DNA from: Amphiscolops sp. MND2022
Lineage: Eukaryota
Assembly: GCA_964187785.1 (NCBI GenBank)
Contig: OZ076409.1
Coordinates: 7,504,001-7,568,000, forward strand
Reading direction: 5' to 3'
Length of the DNA: 64,000 bases
Shown: positions 24,301-37,800 of the stretch, in pieces
Layout of the letters: every line of letters begins with the position of its first letter
Numbering within the stretch: position 1 is the first letter of the stretch
The notes under the pieces: generated by a model
What the model was told of the DNA's origin: nothing
The model's database searches: none
The model's input: only the letters and a program-made list of their open reading frames with translations
Program-made: the position numbers and the translations under genes

Positions 24301-27246
24301 GATGAGAAAGGGCTTGGTCGGGAGAGAAGAGAGGTACGTTATAAAAACAATCAAGATGCATGATCAATCAACCATGCGCATAATACAACCACTAATCTTG
24401 ATATCAGCGCGTGACGTCATCAACGAAAAAGAAAATTGGGGCTCATTTTTCTGTTGTCTTAATTTTGTTGCAAAGAAACACATCACGATGATAAATTGCG
24501 ACAACACAACTCTAACACAAAGTTGGCCCAATTTTCTTCTGTTTGTTGTCAAGATGCTGAAATAGACTTTTCATTCGCGAATTACCTTGAGAGCACTTGT
24601 GAGTGAATTTTTAAAGTAGTATAAGACATCACTCGAGACATTTTTGAATTGAAAGTTAGCTGATAGTAGTAAAAAAGCACTTCGGGTAGAAGCGCCCAGA
24701 ATTGCATGATCGTTAGACGTTCGTTATCGCGGATGGTCGTGGCATGCTTCGCTGCATTGGAATTGGAACCATCGAGAATCGCCTGCGTCCACCCGTGGCA
24801 CCATTGGAAAGAACTACTTGGGGTAAAGAAGGGGGGTTAAGGGGTTTGGGGGAACGACTGTGGTGTTCAGACCAACAAACAAACAATCAAAGGTAGAAGC
24901 AAATTATACACTTACGTAAAAGTGGGGGCGGGCGGGCGGCTGCACATAAACTGGGTTGTAAGTTGATAGTACGACGTTTCATGTAGTATTATGTTGAATT
25001 GTATTATTATGTTTATCAACAAAGTAGCACCTTGATGAGAAAGAAATGCTTGATGCTCATAATTTACAAACAAACTTAGCCAGTTGCGATGCGAGATGCG
25101 AACAAGTGCGGTAGGAGAGGGCCAATGCAGGGATGCAAATATATATATTGTATTTAAATATATTATTGACAATAAATGAAATATAATTATTTTTAGTTTT
25201 GTACAATACAATATATTTATTTTTCGTTCCAATGTATTAGTGTTTTGGGCCAATATATGTGACGATATTCATTTTAATATTGGCGAAATATACAAAACTC
25301 GATTGGATTTCTCGACCAACTGTTATAAAGTATTCGGATTTAGTTACTCGTCATGTAGAAAAATCGATTCAGGAAATTCGGAAACTTTTTTGTTGGTTAT
25401 ATAAATACAGTCCATTACAAACGAAATCTTTGTCCAAACAATACATTTTTTCCTCACCTAATACTGGACAATATACACTGTAATCCACCTATTTCGTATC
25501 GCTAGGGACCGAATCAAATAGTGCGGATAAGAAATACGAATTAACGGGATGATGAAACTTTGGTCGTCACGAAATGGGGGTTCAGATCGCATACGAATTA
25601 AACGAATATCCGAATTATCCGGATATGAATCAACCGAAGTTGACTATTTAACATATTTATCTACCAGCCAGCAACAAATATATTCATATTTTTTAAATAA
25701 TAATATTTAAATACAATGTTTTCATCCCTGGGCCAAGGTGAGGAGTAGGAGTCAACATTAGAAAACCAAAACCACACCAGCAGCACGTAAAGCGTAGAGT
25801 CCCACAACCAGAATAAAAAATAAATGTTGCTCCTGACGATGATAATGCCATGAAGATTCAGTCAATACTCAGATCAATCAATCTTGTCCTCTTTGTTTTG
25901 CGAGGATCATGGAAACAACCTTTGAAAAAATCTGACAGGTCTACCATGTTTTGTTTCTACTCTATTTTTCAGGATAAAAATGGAGCACAAATGAGCATTG
26001 GCTGCAGAGTTTTGACATCGCTAATTTGTTGGCTAATCGCTAAACCGCTGATTTCAAAATCGCTATGTCGCTGAAAAACCTTTCCTTAAAACTATTAAAT
26101 GTTTGAATTCAAGAATGGTTAGAATATAAACGATAATTTAATTCATTTTCTTGGAAGAAAAAAACTAGAATTTTGTTCTTCAACTAGAACTTGATTTCTT
26201 CAAGTGTAAGATTTGAAACTTTTGAAAATTCATTTTTGATGGGTATTTTGAATTTGGACAACCTATTAGTTGTCGCTAATATCTAATCAAATCGTTGAAA
26301 AGATTCTGCACGGGCTCTAACTCGCTGATTAGCGGTCTCAGAACTCTGATTGGGGCTGTATGTTCACAACAGTTTCACACAGAGCAACCTCGTAGAATCA
26401 AAGCATGAAAGTTGACGTAGGCTTGAATGATGGGCTTGACAAACGACAACGGATATTAACTGGTTATCTATGTATAAAACCCGTAGCAAGAAATACAACA
26501 TCACTGGTTTCCACATCGCGTCTGCATATCTTACATAGTTAACAATTAATTAGGCACTTACATGACAGCTTAGCAAAATGGGTAGCGCCATGTTCAACAA
26601 TTTAACCCCAGATGGTTGTTTCGGAGGACAAAAGAAAGGGTTAATTTGAGATGATAATGAGATGAAAATACAATTTAGTGTAGTTTACAGCTATTAAAAT
26701 AAAAGATCCAGAGTTCATGTATTCGCTGACATCAGATCCAGAATCTCGGGATAATTCGCGAACCTAGTACAACTCTTGTTACTTTTCCTCGTTTTCAACC
26801 CAATGGCATTAGGCCAACAATTGGAAAAGGCATATGCGTTGGATCTGTTGCATGAAAGTGTGAAAAACGATGTGAATATAGCGGTATTTGCACGCGGACA
26901 TGAAAATGAGAGTGGGACGACAAAACGCAAAGATTTGCACACACAACGTTGTTGTTTCTAGTTTCAAAGTGACTTCATTGGAGAGGATTCAATTTGAAGA
27001 AGAGCTTTTGTTTCCGGGTGGAAAAATTTGACGAACTCGGCCCCCGGTGGCAAAACATTGAGGTCCTCATTCTGACGTCATCAAATTATGAAGGCTTTCG
27101 GTCGAGTCGTCATTATTAATTCAATTGCGTCGTTCAACGGGAAAAGGGCAAAAAAGATGGACTGGATTGGAATAACAATTGATGATGTTTCTGAACTGTT
27201 TAAGAACTGTGGCTGTGGTGGCATCCATTATGTTGACGGTACATCT

Positions 27247-28566
27247 CTAAAAAACATTGGGAAGGGGGATTAAAACTTGCCCGAAGTTTTCTACCCAGCG
27301 ACTGCGTTCGAGGTACTCGTAAGCGGCCTCGTCTCTGGCAATTGCTTGTCTGTTCATCATGTATTCGTCTTGCGGTCTGTGCATGTCTGTAGCCACCAGT
27401 TCATGCTCTGGGTCTACCGCCCCACCGGCCGCTGCCACTGTAGCACCTGGACCCGCCGGCACGACTGAGCCTCCTCCGACGGGACCCCCGGCCGCTGCCA
27501 TTCCAGCAGCCGCGGCGGCCGCGACCTGTGACATAGTCGGTTGTGCTGCAGGACCTCCCGTGGCTGGCACTGCAGCAACTGCACCTTGAGGAGCACCATA
27601 GATTCCTGCGCCTGCAGGGTAGCCACCACCGGGGTATGCAGCGGCGGCGGCTGCGTAGGGATTATGTTGCTGGGCCGCTGCCCAGGCCGTGGTAGGGTTG
27701 CTGTAGTACATGTTGTAGGACCCGTTGGCAGCAGCGGCGGCGGCAACGGCTGCTGTGTTGTACCAAGTGGGGTCGTAAGAGTACGCGGCGGCTGCAGCCA
27801 GAGCTGCATTGTAGTCTGCAGAAGCACCATTTGTGTAGTCTTGTTGGGCTGCCTGGGCGGCCGCCGCTGCCATCATTGCACCTGCAGGACCACCGCCGGA
27901 CCCTGTAGGGATGCCCCCGGGGCCACCAGCACCATTACCTGGATAAGGAGTTTGATGAGCATTGTAACCCTTGTTACGTTCATTAGTCTTGTTCACCTTG
28001 ATGGCGATGCCATCGCCGCACGAAAGGTACTCTGTGCCATCCAACTGCAACGCCTTCTCGATTTCTGACTCGTCAACGAAGTTCACGAACCCGAAGCGCT
28101 TCGTACCGTGTTGATCCAAGTACGTGTGGGCAGAGACAATGGTTTCAGGGCATTTGGTGGAGAACAGATCGAATAAGGCCTTGTTGCTGATGTTAGCAGC
28201 TAAGTTGCCCACGTACACAGAGAACTGGGTTCGGGTATTTCTGCCTGGCTGGTACCCGCCGATTCCGTTTGTGCCCACGTTGCCGAACGGGTTTCTGTTC
28301 TGGTTGCCAGCCTTGTGCGCAGCGTAGTTGAGTTTGAATCTGGTCATGCCAGGAACGTTGTTGATGCTTTTGCCATTGAGGTTGACCAGCACCTTTTCTG
28401 CGTGATCTGCCGATGGAAACGTGACAAAGCAGTAGCCGTTGCCGGTCGTCATCAGATTCCTGCCCATTTTCACTCCAACCGGCGTCTCGTAATGACCCGC
28501 AAACGCAGCCATGATGGAGTCTTCAGTCGCCATTGGAGGCACATCACCCATCCAAAGAGTAGCCAT
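27247..28566 (-). CDS. TRNAU1AP: tRNA selenocysteine 1-associated protein 1 (SECp43)-like, two RRMs, 439 aa
   Basis: N-terminus MATLWMGD...GYCFVTF...LNGK...RFKLNYA matches SECp43 RRM1. RRM2 has SVYVGNL/RFGFVNF, followed by a Tyr/Ala-rich linker and a C-terminal NRQAIARDEAAYEYLERSRW motif. A splice acceptor TTTTTTTTCAG lies just upstream of the ATG at 28566. Confidence 0.85.
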   Translation of the reverse strand: MATLWMGDVPPMATEDSIMAAFAGHYETPVGVKMGRNLMTTGNGYCFVTFPSADHAEKVLVNLNGKSINNVPGMTRFKLNYAAHKAGNQNRNPFGNVGTNGIGGYQPGRNTRTQFSVYVGNLAANISNKALFDLFSTKCPETIVSAHTYLDQHGTKRFGFVNFVDESEIEKALQLDGTEYLSCGDGIAIKVNKTNERNKGYNAHQTPYPGNGAGGPGGIPTGSGGGPAGAMMAAAAAQAAQQDYTNGASADYNAALAAAAAYSYDPTWYNTAAVAAAAAANGSYNMYYSNPTTAWAAAQQHNPYAAAAAAYPGGGYPAGAGIYGAPQGAVAAVPATGGPAAQPTMSQVAAAAAAGMAAAGGPVGGGSVVPAGPGATVAAAGGAVDPEHELVATDMHRPQDEYMMNRQAIARDEAAYEYLERSRWVENFGQVLIPLPNVF

Positions 28567-28625
28567 TCGATCACTTCTGAAAAAAAAACGATACAATTCA
28601 AGTTGCAACGTCATTGTATTATTAT

Positions 28626-28998
28626 TAGAGGTGCAACCGGATCGATATCTACCGGAACCGGATTTATTCCGGATTTTCGTCTGCCGGATACCTGATTTTT
28701 TTCCTCGAAAATATTATGGCATTTTTTCCTTTGCATGTTTTTCTATATTTTAGAAATCGAGAGTTAGACTTGTGATGAACTTTCTGAAAAACTCGTGTTA
28801 TTGCACGATAATCTCAATTTTTTGACTGATTGTGCATTCGAAAGATGACATTTTTTTGTTTTGGATTAAAGTCTTTTCGTTCTATTATTCTGTTTTCAAA
28901 ACAAGTCTAGAATCCGGTAAAAAAACCCGGTGAAAAATTCCGGAACCGGATTCGGTTCCTGAATTTACCGGATAACACCGGATTCCGGCGCATCTCTA
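28626..28998. mobile_element. hAT-type MITE upstream of the TRNAU1AP CDS
   Basis: Ends TAGAGGTGC / GCATCTCTA with clustered ccgga/tccgg subterminal motifs; 8-bp flanks attattat / attatcat. Confidence 0.65.
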
Positions 28999-29678
28999 AT
29001 TATCATTATAAAAGGTTTCTTCAAAATATGCAATTTATCATAAATATGATATAACCAAGGGAGTAGCAACATTGAAGGGGGTTCGATACGAGACGGATAG
29101 CGTGGCAATCTCAACGGATCCTAACCTAATAAAACACTATTAATTTCAGATAATACCTTCAAAAGAGAAAACAGCGAACGGCTTAGATGGTTCCAACTGG
29201 GGCCCTAGCTTGGTGGTTTCTAAATGTTCTAAGCCCAATGGAGGCATTCCACTTTAGCCAAAACTTCACCTAGAAATATAGACTAGGAAAAAAACAATGA
29301 TCGAAATTTTCTTCAACAAAATTAGACGGAATACTAGTGAAAGTATTTTGATTTTTTCTTTTCGGATATTTTGCGAAATTATCACTTCGATGTCACTCAG
29401 AGATATCAATCAGCTTGATATTACATTTTTACTTTTCTTTTCTCTTATGCTTATTTTCTCTTCAATTCTTTTCTAGAAAAAAGGGAACGTATGGCCCAGA
29501 GTTCAAAGGAGCAAATTTATGACTGAATGATAGTGACGATTCGCCGCACTTTCCCAAAATTAGCATTTTCCAACTTTCTCAATTTGGGTCGTAGAAATTT
29601 CTAACATTTTTGTAAACTACAAAAAAATCCAAGAAACTTTCCTAGCAGACATTTTTTGTATTCCTAGCAGTTTTCAAG

Positions 29679-30311
29679 GGTTACATGTCATTTCGTCCTA
29701 TGCAATTTCAACCTATGCAATTTCAACCGCTGTCATTTCAACCTATTACACTTTCAATCGCTTGCAATTTCAACCGCATGCAGCAATTTCAACCGCTTGC
29801 CATTTCAACCTATTTTAATTAGTTCAAGATCGTTGCATTCTTTGCGAACGTCCTAACACTAACTGAACATAATCGAAGCGCGGCAAAATAAAAGCATACA
29901 AACTGTCAAGACGCATAATATTGAACGCATTGAAAACTTTTTTGAATTTTTCAATAACATTTTTATTAACATTTGTGTTAACATTTTGAGCTTTGAGATT
30001 CAAAATTGGACTTGTTGTATGGACTAGTTACAATTCAGTTGACTTCGCTATTTATACTACTAAAACGTTGCAAGTAATTATCACATTTCATAGTGTGAAA
30101 GATTGTTAGTTGCTGGACTCTTTTTATAGCTTTACTAATTACCATAAAGGCTTTCATAATTAGCACGGTTTGAGAGCAATTAGGTGGAAGTGTGATAGGT
30201 TGAAATTGCCGTAGGTTGAAATGGCAAAAGGTTGAAAGTGTGAACGGATGAAATTGCAAGCGGTTGAAATTGCATAGGTTGAAATTGCATAGGACGAAAT
30301 GACCTGACACC
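29679..30311. mobile_element. Mutator/Foldback-like MITE with modular TIRs
   Basis: Perfect 9-bp TSD GTTTTCAAG (29670-29678; 30312-30320); long TIRs built of ~15-bp tgcaatttcaaccta / taggttgaaattgca subrepeats. Confidence 0.8.
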
Positions 30312-30936
30312 GTTTTCAAGATATTTGGGTTTGAAAATGGTAATTTTAAGCAATGGAGGTGCAATATTTTAGAACGCTACTGTACAAATATTGAAAACTT
30401 CATTATTAAGTGGAGGACAGATTTATAAAATTCTTGGATATATCACTTGGTTTTACTGGGAAACAATTGCGGTGCTGAAACCTAAACCCTAGATTAAGGT
30501 CCATCTTTATATCTGGTTTAAGTATTTTGTTCTCCAGGGGTACATAAATCAAACAAGTACCCTGGAGGGAACTATTGGAAACATTATTCTCAACTTTACC
30601 TAACAATACCAAATGGTCAATTTCATTGTGCTCAATTATTCATTCAAAACATAAAAATCAGGATATACAATACAGTTGTTCATAAAATGATCATATTTAA
30701 TTACATTGAAACATTTAATAAGCCCATCTAGGTCTGAAAGAATTCGAACCTTGAAAAAAACAGTAACACAATGTCAATGTTCTGAAACAGCATAACTAAA
30801 AAATGACTTAAATTCAAATCAATTCATGTATATAATACGTTCAATTAAATCAATTCGATGCACGAACGGAACAATTCAAAATCTCATCACAAAACAACTA
30901 AATTTCTACAAAACACAAGCAAATTCATGTTTCCAA

Positions 30937-31416
30937 TCAAAACTTGAAAGCTCTTTTTACAACAACGGGCTCAACAAACTTTCTGGGAGACTTGGATCTA
31001 CCATCTGTAGAGGCGTTGGGCAGAACACAAGGCAGCGTTCGAAAGCCTCCCCCTTTAAACTTAGAGGGACTATTATTTGTCCTTTCATTTTTGCAGCCTG
31101 AAAACGTGAGAGGCCTCAAGTGTTTAATCACAATGGGTGTGCTAGCGATTCGATCGATGCTCTCCGCTTCTTTCTCATCTACCATAGGTGTCAATTTTTC
31201 AACTGCACTACAAGCAACGCTACTGCCGCCGTTTTTAGCTTTGACCGATTCGTGTGTAATGAAAGCAGGCATTCCCGATTTTCCATAATTAGTGCTCTTT
31301 TTCACCTCTTTGATAAATGCCATTGTCCTATCTCCCACGACGTTCGTTTGAGGAGATAACGATCCCGCCGTCAATCGCTCCTGTGAGTCATCAAGACATC
31401 CTTTGAGGTCATTGGC
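30937..31416 (-). CDS. Probable terminal coding exon of an unidentified host gene
   Basis: Acceptor TGATGTTTTAG|GCC at 31416 is in phase with the 145-aa ORF ending at 30937; upstream exons were not identified. Confidence 0.4.
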   Translation of the reverse strand, partial: ANDLKGCLDDSQERLTAGSLSPQTNVVGDRTMAFIKEVKKSTNYGKSGMPAFITHESVKAKNGGSSVACSAVEKLTPMVDEKEAESIDRIASTPIVIKHLRPLTFSGCKNERTNNSPSKFKGGGFRTLPCVLPNASTDGRSKSPRKFVEPVVVKRAFKF

Positions 31417-32269
31417 CTAAAACATCATCATGTGTGAAGCAACCATGAGATGAGTTTCATCATCTGTGTTGTAATAAAACTAGAAGAGAATGAAAAACGG
31501 TCATTCTTCAGTTTCCTCGATCATATCGTGTGTCATTTGAAACATAAGCACACGTATCATCTACAGTGGACGGGTATTATGACAAAACGTCCTTCTCAAA
31601 TTGCATTGAATCATGTATATATTAAATATATATGACGACGATTGTATAATAATGAGTCTACACTATTGTACAATAATGGCGGCTATTGATTCTCTCCTAA
31701 CTTAGAAGGCTTGGGGGTTACAAACATTTGAAACTGCATGTAGCGCCGAGTCTAGTCTAGATGTACCAACAAAACGATAGGGCAACGGTTGTGTGAGAGA
31801 GGAAACTTTGTGTTTACTGTGAACATTATTCATGAATTTACAAGGTGAAGAGACAAATGGTCAGAGGATGAATGAAATGCCAAGAATGTCTTTCATGCAC
31901 TTCTTCGTTTGCTCACCCAAAAGCATCACTACAGCCAAGAAATACTACTGAAAGACTGGCCACGTGAAACGATCAGTTACACCCAGAGTTTTGACACCGC
32001 TGTGATTTTTCAGCGATTTAAATTAGCGGCAAGTAATAAATTGTCCCCGAATTCAAAACTTTCTCGGAAAATACACGGAGTTCATGATGATTTTCGAAAA
32101 ATACGAACTCTTCATCTGTAAACCCCACACAGTAGTATAAAAAACTAGTTTTTTGTTGCAAAAATTGAATTAACTTATCGTTTATATTTCAAAGTTCTTG
32201 AATTCAATCATTTAATAGTTTGAGGAAAAGCTTTTTTTCAGCGAAATAGCGATTTTGAAATTACCGATT

Positions 32270-33060
32270 TAGCAATTCACAAATTCTTTCAAAAAATTGA
32301 CGAAAAATGCGTAAAAACTTTGAAAAATCGAAAATTTTGGGGTTTTTGTCATTTTCGGTGTCAATTTGAGACATTTTCATTCAGAACATTGCAATTGTCT
32401 CCTCATAAAAATTTACTGGACAACCAATCTGTTCCTTGTTGACCCTTTAAATTATTCCAATCCACGAAGCTGTCAAAACTTTAACAAAAAATCATAACTT
32501 TAAAAATTGGAAAAGTTTGGGGTTTTTGTCATTTTCGGTGTCAATTTGAGACTTAGAAAACTGCAATAAACTCTTCGGGAAAGCCTATTGGACATCACAT
32601 TCTTTCCTTGTTGACCCTTTTCAACATTCTAATCCACGAAGTCTATCGAAAATTTGATAAAAATTGCATAAAAATGATAAAAATCGGGAATTTTTTGTCA
32701 TTATCGGTGTTTATTTGAGACATTTTTCATCAAGAAAGCTGCAATTATCTCTTCATAAAAGCCTGCTGGACAACGAGTTTGTTCCATGTTGAACATTTTA
32801 AACATTCTAATCCACGAAGTCTGTCAACAATTTGACAAAAAATGCGTAAAATCTTTGAAAAATGGAAATTTTGGGGGTTTTTGTCATTTTTGGTGAATTT
32901 GAGATTTTTTTCATTCGGAAAACAGCAATTATCTTTCCGGAAATGCCTACTGGACAACGAATTTGTGACTTGTTGAACGTTTTCAACATTCTTATCCACG
33001 ATATCTATCGAAAAATTGACAAAAATTGCATTGAAACTTCAAAAATTAGAAAATTTTGCA
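32270..33060 (+). repeat. Degenerate ~180-bp tandem array (4-5 copies)
   Basis: The motifs aatccacgaag, ggggtttttgtcattttcggtg and ctggacaac recur at ~175-185-bp spacing. Confidence 0.75.
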
Positions 33061-33528
33061 AATTTTCTTGTTTTGGGGTCACTTTTGGGTCAACTAAAAA
33101 AGTCTTGAAAACTCCACAAATACATATCACACGAAGCTAAATTTATGTGAGTTGAATTCTATGGCTAACACCCTATAAATTTGGTGCTTGGCAAATTTTG
33201 TAAAAAAAACCGTTCGATTTAAATATTTTCCTTTCCCATATATGAAATATGGGCGGAAAATAACATTTCAATAACTCACTTCACATGCATTTTGGCCTAG
33301 GTGATGAGTAAGCGGCTGAGGAGCTGGTGTACGTGAGTTCAAATCCTGTGCTGGACCAAAATTTTTTCATGCTTCCAGGTAGAGAGGAGAACCTATTGTC
33401 ATTCGATTCTTAGAGGCAAAATTCACTTTGTGACATTGAACTAATTTTACAACTTTGAGCCCTTTTTTCGTCCTCTAAGAAGAGTACGCATCGCATTTAG
33501 TTCTTTTTCAAAAAAAAATCGACACGAT

Positions 33529-34559
33529 TGTTGGCGCCTGAGATTTGAGATTATGAAGACCTGGAGCAAAAATATCGGAAAAACTCGATGTTAATTAATT
33601 GGTAGCGATCTGGTGAAGGTTTTAGACCCTTTGATTTTTCCCTTACGTACCAGATTTTCGGAGACTCCACTTAATGTCTGATAAGTTTCTTCATTTTTCA
33701 TCCTTTTCTTCATTTTAGTGCATCAAACTTAACTACATCTTATTCAATTATTTGGTTCATTGGTGCTTCAAGGTTACATGATATTGGTTGAAGCGACTCA
33801 TTCGACCTTTTGTTCTATATTTGAAATTGAAGGAATTTTAAGTTGTTGGTACTTTAGTGAATACATATTTGTTAATATATGGCGTGATTTAGCATTTCCT
33901 GTGCTTTTGTTTCTTTAAACTATCGTTCACGCCACATCTACGTGAATCATGTATTCTGGCCTCCATTGTGATTCCTTGCATGCCACACATTTATTTGTGA
34001 TATTTTCTTAATTAATTTAAATGGATATTCTGATGACTACTGAGTTTGATATTTAACGATATTTCGACTATTTTATATAATTAATACACAAATAATCGTT
34101 CAGTTTGGGTTATTCCATACCCACCTACATATTTGTGGCTCTTTCGGCCGCTACCAATCCACTTTTCATTCACGCTTTGTCATTCTAATTTTATGGTTCA
34201 ATAGTTTGTTTGCTATGTAAACAATGCATTCTATCAGAACATCAGTTGAATTTGGAATAACGCCAGTGAGCGGTTGATCGTTAACTCGAGATTAAATTGT
34301 TCAGTTCTTCATAATCGAGCGCTAAAGACAGATTTCAGTCAAGTTGGGATTGGAATCACCAAGATTGTCTATTTCGAAGAAGATTTGGATAATAGAAATT
34401 CTCAAAGTTGAGAAATAGCTAGCTAGTGGAGTTATTTCGCCTCAGTGAAAGATACAGTCCTTTCAAAATCGAGAATCCTGCTTCATTTGTGGAAAGCAGG
34501 ACGAACCAAGGACCGGCATAAGCTTGAATCGTTTGTTGGGATTTGAGTCAGCCGTTACA
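33529..34559 (+). repeat. 5' LTR of the BEL/Pao element
   Basis: Direct repeat of 41211..42240. Confidence 0.95.
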
Positions 34560-34561
34560 TT

Positions 34562-34578
34562 TGGTCCGCCGACCCGGA
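34562..34578 (+). promoter_or_regulatory. Primer-binding site (tRNA-Tyr-like)
   Basis: TGGTCCGCCGACCCGGA directly after the LTR resembles the TGGTCCTTCGAGCCGGA complement of the tRNA-Tyr 3' end. Confidence 0.65.
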
Positions 34579-34620
34579 CCCTGTCTGTTTGGAAGCTGAA
34601 GACGAGGTACAACTGATATT

Positions 34621-34790
34621 GTGGTAGTTTGGACGTTTGCGTCTGCCACATATCACTATCATCTCGTGGTAGTTTGGACGTTTGCATCTGCCACACATCT
34701 TCATCATCGTAGTATTTTGGACGTTTGCGTCTGCCACACATCTTCATCATCGTAGTATTTTGGACGTTTGCGTCTACCACATATCTTCAA
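34621..34790 (+). repeat. Four ~43-45-bp tandem repeats in the BEL leader
   Basis: gt(g/a)gta(g/t)tttggacgtttgc(g/a)tct(g/a)ccaca repeated four times. Confidence 0.9.
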
Positions 34791-34827
34791 CACTCATTGG
34801 ACTTCGTGTTACGAGGGAGTCAGTGTG

Positions 34828-37800
34828 ATGAATACTCAGACTCAGATCGACTTTGATGTTTCATGGTACACGGATACCAAGCGCTCTAAAGACCTACGAA
34901 AATCAACGGATCTTGTCAAATGGAGAATTCATGCAGAAGCTTTGCAAAAAACAATTTTGGATTTGAATGTCGTTGTGAAAGAATTCGAAAGAGGAACAAA
35001 ATGGCTGGAAGAAAGAAGACTCGGTGAATTGGGAAAATTGTACCATGAGTACCGCGATCTCAGAGCTAGAGTGACGGACTTGCACCAAGTTGGAAACGAG
35101 ATGCTGAAGGCCAAAGCGGTAGATGAACAACGACGTATGCAGTCAACCGTGTATGTGCTACTGGACGACGCTTGAAAAAATGGACCACAACGAACACTGG
35201 ATTGTCATGGCTCGGCCCAGTTTATATGCACCTAAAGCAGAAGTCTTCTTGCGTAACCTATTGTAAACAGCAAGATAAATTCAATCAACTGATCGTTGAA
35301 CTGAAGAAGACAACTTCGCAAATAGAAGACCAAATTGAAAATGGAGATCGGTCGGCGAAAATACGGACGTCAGTACACAGGTTCATTAACACCGTGGAAG
35401 AAGTCAAGGCTGTTTGTCGATACCAGAAGAGCCTTTTAAGCGAGTCGGGAGCAAACCAACGTCAAAACTTATTCGAGGGAGATGAAGTCAGTTGGATGGC
35501 AGCAACCCAGAAATGGCTAAACTATTTGGAGGCCATAGAAAAGGAAAGTGCCTTTTCAGACAATTTTCAAGACCCCGTTGAAACTACTGAAACATCACTA
35601 CTGATGACAAATAATGAGACAAGTGAGACTGAAGATGGGAAGCAAGTAGAGAACCAGAACAACGTGGAAAGTAATGTTGCTTCTGCTAACACTCAGGAAG
35701 AGGTAAAGGCGCCTCAACAACCTCCAAAAAAAACCAAATATTACTGGCATAAGCGTGGTCTCACCTCAGAAAAACCTTTCCAGAGAAGACGACCCCGAGG
35801 ATGTTCTTGGAGCACTAAAAGTGAGCCGTGGTTCCACCGCATCGTCACGCTCCTCTAGACGACGTTTGCAATTGGAAGCTGAAATCGCCGAGGATGAATC
35901 TCGTGCCAAAATTGAAAGAAAAGAGCAAGAGTTAGAGCTGCGACGCAAGAAGAGAGAAATGGAACTGGAGGCCCAAAAGGAGGAAATGGAGCTTGCCGAA
36001 ATCAGGCGAGAGGAGAAACTATCCCTGAAGTTGAAGAAAATGGAAATGATGGATCGAACATCTTCAGGAAGTAGCGTTTCTAGCATCTGTGAGTCGCTTC
36101 GCAGTCAGAACGTCAAAACTAGCACATGGGTCAATTCACCAGAGAAAAAATTTGGCCCTCACGTAGAGACCAAGCTTGGGGAAGAACTTCAGGCTGCTGA
36201 CAATAGCGAGAGACCGTGCTCATCGAGACGAGCTGATGCTAAACTGGAGCAATCAATAGAGCAAATTGCACCCATGGCAACTACCGATGTCAAGCCGAAG
36301 AGGGAACTAAAGTTCGGTTCAAATGTGTTTGTGCCTAGCAATGCATCTCCTGGTGGTGCCAAAACCCCAGCACCAAAGCAAGTGTTTGGATCAACGATGC
36401 AATCAACCCCAGCGCAGACAGTTTTGCCGTCTGCGTCAGTGCCAATGAAATTGCCAAAGATGGTCTTAGAAAAATATTCGGGCGACCCTCTGGAATGGCC
36501 TGAATGGTCCGGTCAGTTTATCGCGACCATTGATCAATCGGGAGTAGCAGACAGTGTCAAGATGAACTATTTGAAGACACTGGTCACTGGTAAGGCAAAA
36601 GCAGCAATTGAGGGCATGGGATACTCGGGTCAGATGTACCATGTTGCTTGGCAGACTCTGGTGCATGATTTTGGGCGACCTGAGCTGGTTGTGAATGCGC
36701 AACTGAGAAGGATTCATGCCTACCCTTTCATCAAACCGCATGATTCAACAGAAATTGTGAAGTATTCTCAAGTGGTGTCCGGATGTGTCAACGTGCTCAC
36801 CCAATTTGGATATGAAAGTGACATTGCCTCCGAATCAGTGCTGAACAGTGCCGTCAGAAAGCTGCCAAATGAGCTCAAAAACAAGTGGATGACGTATTTG
36901 CAACGATACGACATGAGTTATAAGAATATGCGAGTATTCAGTGCATGGCTCAAGAATATTGCGCAAGTACAAGAGAACATACGCTTGCAGTTTGGCTCTA
37001 GTGGTGACAAAGCGAAGTCCAACTTCACAAAAGACAAGACGAGGAATACGAGTTTTGCTGCGACAAGTGATTCTGGTTCACCCACGAAGGCGCAATGCCC
37101 TCTAAAAGACGGTGAACACAAAATTTGGCAATGTGATGCGTTCAAGAAGATGAAGTTGTCGGAACGACATGATGCCGTCAAAAAATGCAATTTGTGCTTC
37201 TCTTGTCTGAGCTCTGGCCACAGGATTGGTCAGTGTCAAGTCAATCGAACGTGTGGAAAAAATGGGTGTAGCAAGCGGCATAACAGACTCTTGCACAGTG
37301 ACGATTACAAATCCAAGCTTCAAAAGGAAACTAGTAACAGCATTGAGAATACAACCAATGCCGATGCGGTTATGACAGCAAACGCGTGTAGTGGAAGTCT
37401 GCAGATTGTTCCAATCACGCTCTCGAATGGAGCCACCTCAATTGAAACGATGGCCATTTGTGACACTGGATCGACGCTTTCCTTTGTGGACAAGGACATA
37501 AAAAACCGGTTGGGTGTTCAAGGGAATGCTATCACACTCAATATCGCTGGAATCAACGGAACAAAGGAAATGGACAGCGAAAGGGTGAGGATCAACGTCT
37601 CAACTACGAATTTGTCGGAAGCAGTGAAGTTTCATGTTCATCCTTCGATGTATCTGGGAAACAAATCTTATGATTACAATGATCTAAAGCGGAAGTACAG
37701 CCATTTAGACGTTTTGCCAGACAACAATGTGGATCTGAAGAATGTCAAAGTGGTCCTGGGACAAGACAACTATCACCTGCTTTTTCCTGTTGCGTACAGA

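Noticed and set aside
22700..27200. Short ORFs and GC-richer patches as host exons
   Set aside because: No consistent splice chain or recognisable protein could be built.
27277..28695. Overlapping alternative-frame and antisense ORFs in the RRM gene
   Set aside because: These are shadow ORFs from GC-rich Ala/Gly codons.
33290..33360. tRNA-like B box (gagttcaaatcc)
   Set aside because: There is no cloverleaf; at most it is a fragment of a SINE-like repeat.
34621..34790. CRISPR-like array
   Set aside because: The units are contiguous tandem repeats without unique spacers, inside a retrotransposon leader in eukaryotic DNA.
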